Source of the DNA: Eledone cirrhosa
Lineage: Eukaryota
Reading direction: 5' to 3'
Length of the DNA: 64,000 nt
Assembly (NCBI GenBank): GCA_964016885.1
Contig: OZ024758.1
Coordinates: 26,102,001-26,166,000 of the forward strand
Positions within the stretch are counted from its first letter, which is position 1. The number at the start of each line of letters is the position of its first letter. Shown in pieces: positions 48,046 through 64,000 of the stretch. The position numbers and the translations under genes are program-made. The notes below the pieces were generated by a model. The model saw nothing but the letters and a program-made list of their open reading frames with translations. It ran no database searches and was not told the origin of the DNA.

Positions 48046-48413
48046 ATTACAACTGTTTATTACATTCTGGTACCTTCAGTTCTTTAACATAATATTCTCA
48101 GTTGTTTATCAGAAACCACTCCAAATTATTTATCATAACATAGACAATATTTTTTTTATTATCTACACATAATACTATGGCGTCAAAGCTGATATTTTAC
48201 CAGAAATAATTAATCTCAAAATAATTAACATGTACAATTGTGTGAGGTATATATACATAATGACGTGTATATTGTATATATTATAATGTGTAAATATATG
48301 TAACTAATATAGATATATGTTTCAGATGTTGATTTTAACACATAATTATATAGCTTTGTTTTCAGAACAAAAATATGTAAAATAGTTGACAACAGTATGT
48401 TGAAATATGAGAA

Positions 48414-48459
<46 letters not shown>

Positions 48460-48490
48460 AAAGAATAGAGGTGTAACACACAAGTTATTA

Positions 48491-48867
48491 TATATTGGTA
48501 AACGGAATAGAAAATGCTGACAAATTGTTCACAGTGAAAAATAGTTTAATTAGGAATAAATGAGAATTAGTAATTGTATTGGTTAGTATTCGGTTTTGGT
48601 TTTAAGTTTTACCGGTTGCGCATTATCTAAATGCTTTTCAAAAATAATTTTGAGATAGAGCGTCCGTGATGTTTGCTCTGATTAGAGCAAACATCACGGA
48701 CGCTCTATCTCAAAATTATTTTTGAAAAGCATTTAGATAATGCGCAACCGGTAAAACTTAAAACCAAAACCGAATACTAACCAATACAATTACTAATTCT
48801 CATTTATTCCTAATTAAACTATTTTTCACTGTGAACAATTTGTCAGCATTTTCTATTCTGTTTACCA

Positions 48868-48872
<5 letters not shown>
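48491..48872. repeat. Near-perfect ~380-bp palindrome
   Basis: ~189-bp arms centred on gtttgctct-gatt-agagcaaac (48671-48692). Confidence 0.95.
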
Positions 48873-52768
<3,896 letters not shown>

Positions 52769-52770
52769 TA

Positions 52771-63082
<10,312 letters not shown>

Positions 63083-63131
63083 TGTGTCATCATTTCATTT
63101 TACGTCCGCTTTTTCCCTGCTTGCAAGGGTG

Positions 63132-63207
<76 letters not shown>

Positions 63208-63306
63208 TATATATATATATATATATAGATATATATATATAGATATATATACATACATATATATATATATATATATTTATATATATTTATATATATATAT
63301 CATCAT

Positions 63307-63397
<91 letters not shown>

Positions 63398-63490
63398 TAT
63401 AGAGAGATATAGATATAGATATAGATATATATACATACATATATATATATATATATATTTATATATATTTATATATATATATATCATCAT

Positions 63491-63529
<39 letters not shown>

Positions 63530-63606
63530 TACATATATATATATATGTATATATATATACATATATATATAGAGAGAGATATAGATATAGATATATATGT
63601 ATATAT
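63132..63606. repeat. Compound (TA)n/(GA)n microsatellite with internal duplication
   Basis: catcatcatc and gagatatagatatag blocks recur ~180 bp apart. Confidence 0.9.
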
Positions 63607-63952
63607 TTCAAAACACATATTTTTTTGGAGGAAGTACATGAGACAGAATTATTAACAAAAGAAAACTACTAACTAGATAGGTGGATTACTTGAAAGTGGT
63701 TATGGATTCCTAGAGAATACTTAAACATATGCAAGGCAGCTGATAGCATATACACTGCATGCTGTCTCTTTCATGTGCTGGTCGACAACATGTAATGTAG
63801 CTCAATAGTCTCTTATTACACTGTTTCTAAATATACTAGTATAAACGATAAGGTGAGGTATATTACTAAATAGATTTACTTTATCAGAATGTTAAAGATC
63901 TCAAACAACAAAATTGATTACTTTCTTTCATACACACACACATATATAAGAA

Positions 63953-64000
63953 AAGGAACGATTGACTTTCGTCAAATCGGACCGAGGGAACAATGTTTCC
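63953..64000 (-). mobile_element. SINE S2 tail type 3, cut by the window edge
   Basis: Matches 30905-30952. Confidence 0.7.

Noticed and set aside
48684-48735. Peptide EQTSRTLYLKIIFEKH resembling the GIY-YIG G-x-T-x-R motif within the palindrome
   Set aside because: Too short, and lacks YIG and downstream conserved residues

Overview
AT-rich eukaryotic (animal) non-coding DNA, almost entirely repeat-derived. The SINE/LINE content and dense (TA)n, (CA)n, (GATA)n and (CAT)n tracts resemble an octopus-type cephalopod genome (inference). No host exon could be supported. The largest elements are a near full-length, disrupted L1/Tx1 LINE inside a (GATA)n tract (18.0-23.8 kb, minus), a 5'-truncated RTE LINE with an open EN-RT frame (49.7-52.8 kb, minus), a ~9.9 kb 49-bp array grown out of that RTE family's 3' UTR, and a 25-bp satellite. 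Also present are CR1, CRE-like, R4-like, mariner and Penelope (GIY-YIG) fragments, a non-autonomous Helitron, MITEs and many tRNA-derived SINEs. The most interesting signal is a set of short non-coding inserts sitting in (TA)n tracts that carry type I hammerhead ribozyme motifs, including a U3-A8 covariant core and a tandem pair 593 nt apart, often with fold-back inverted ends. These look like a Penelope-dependent, retrozyme-like population. All coordinates were read by eye and element boundaries are approximate.
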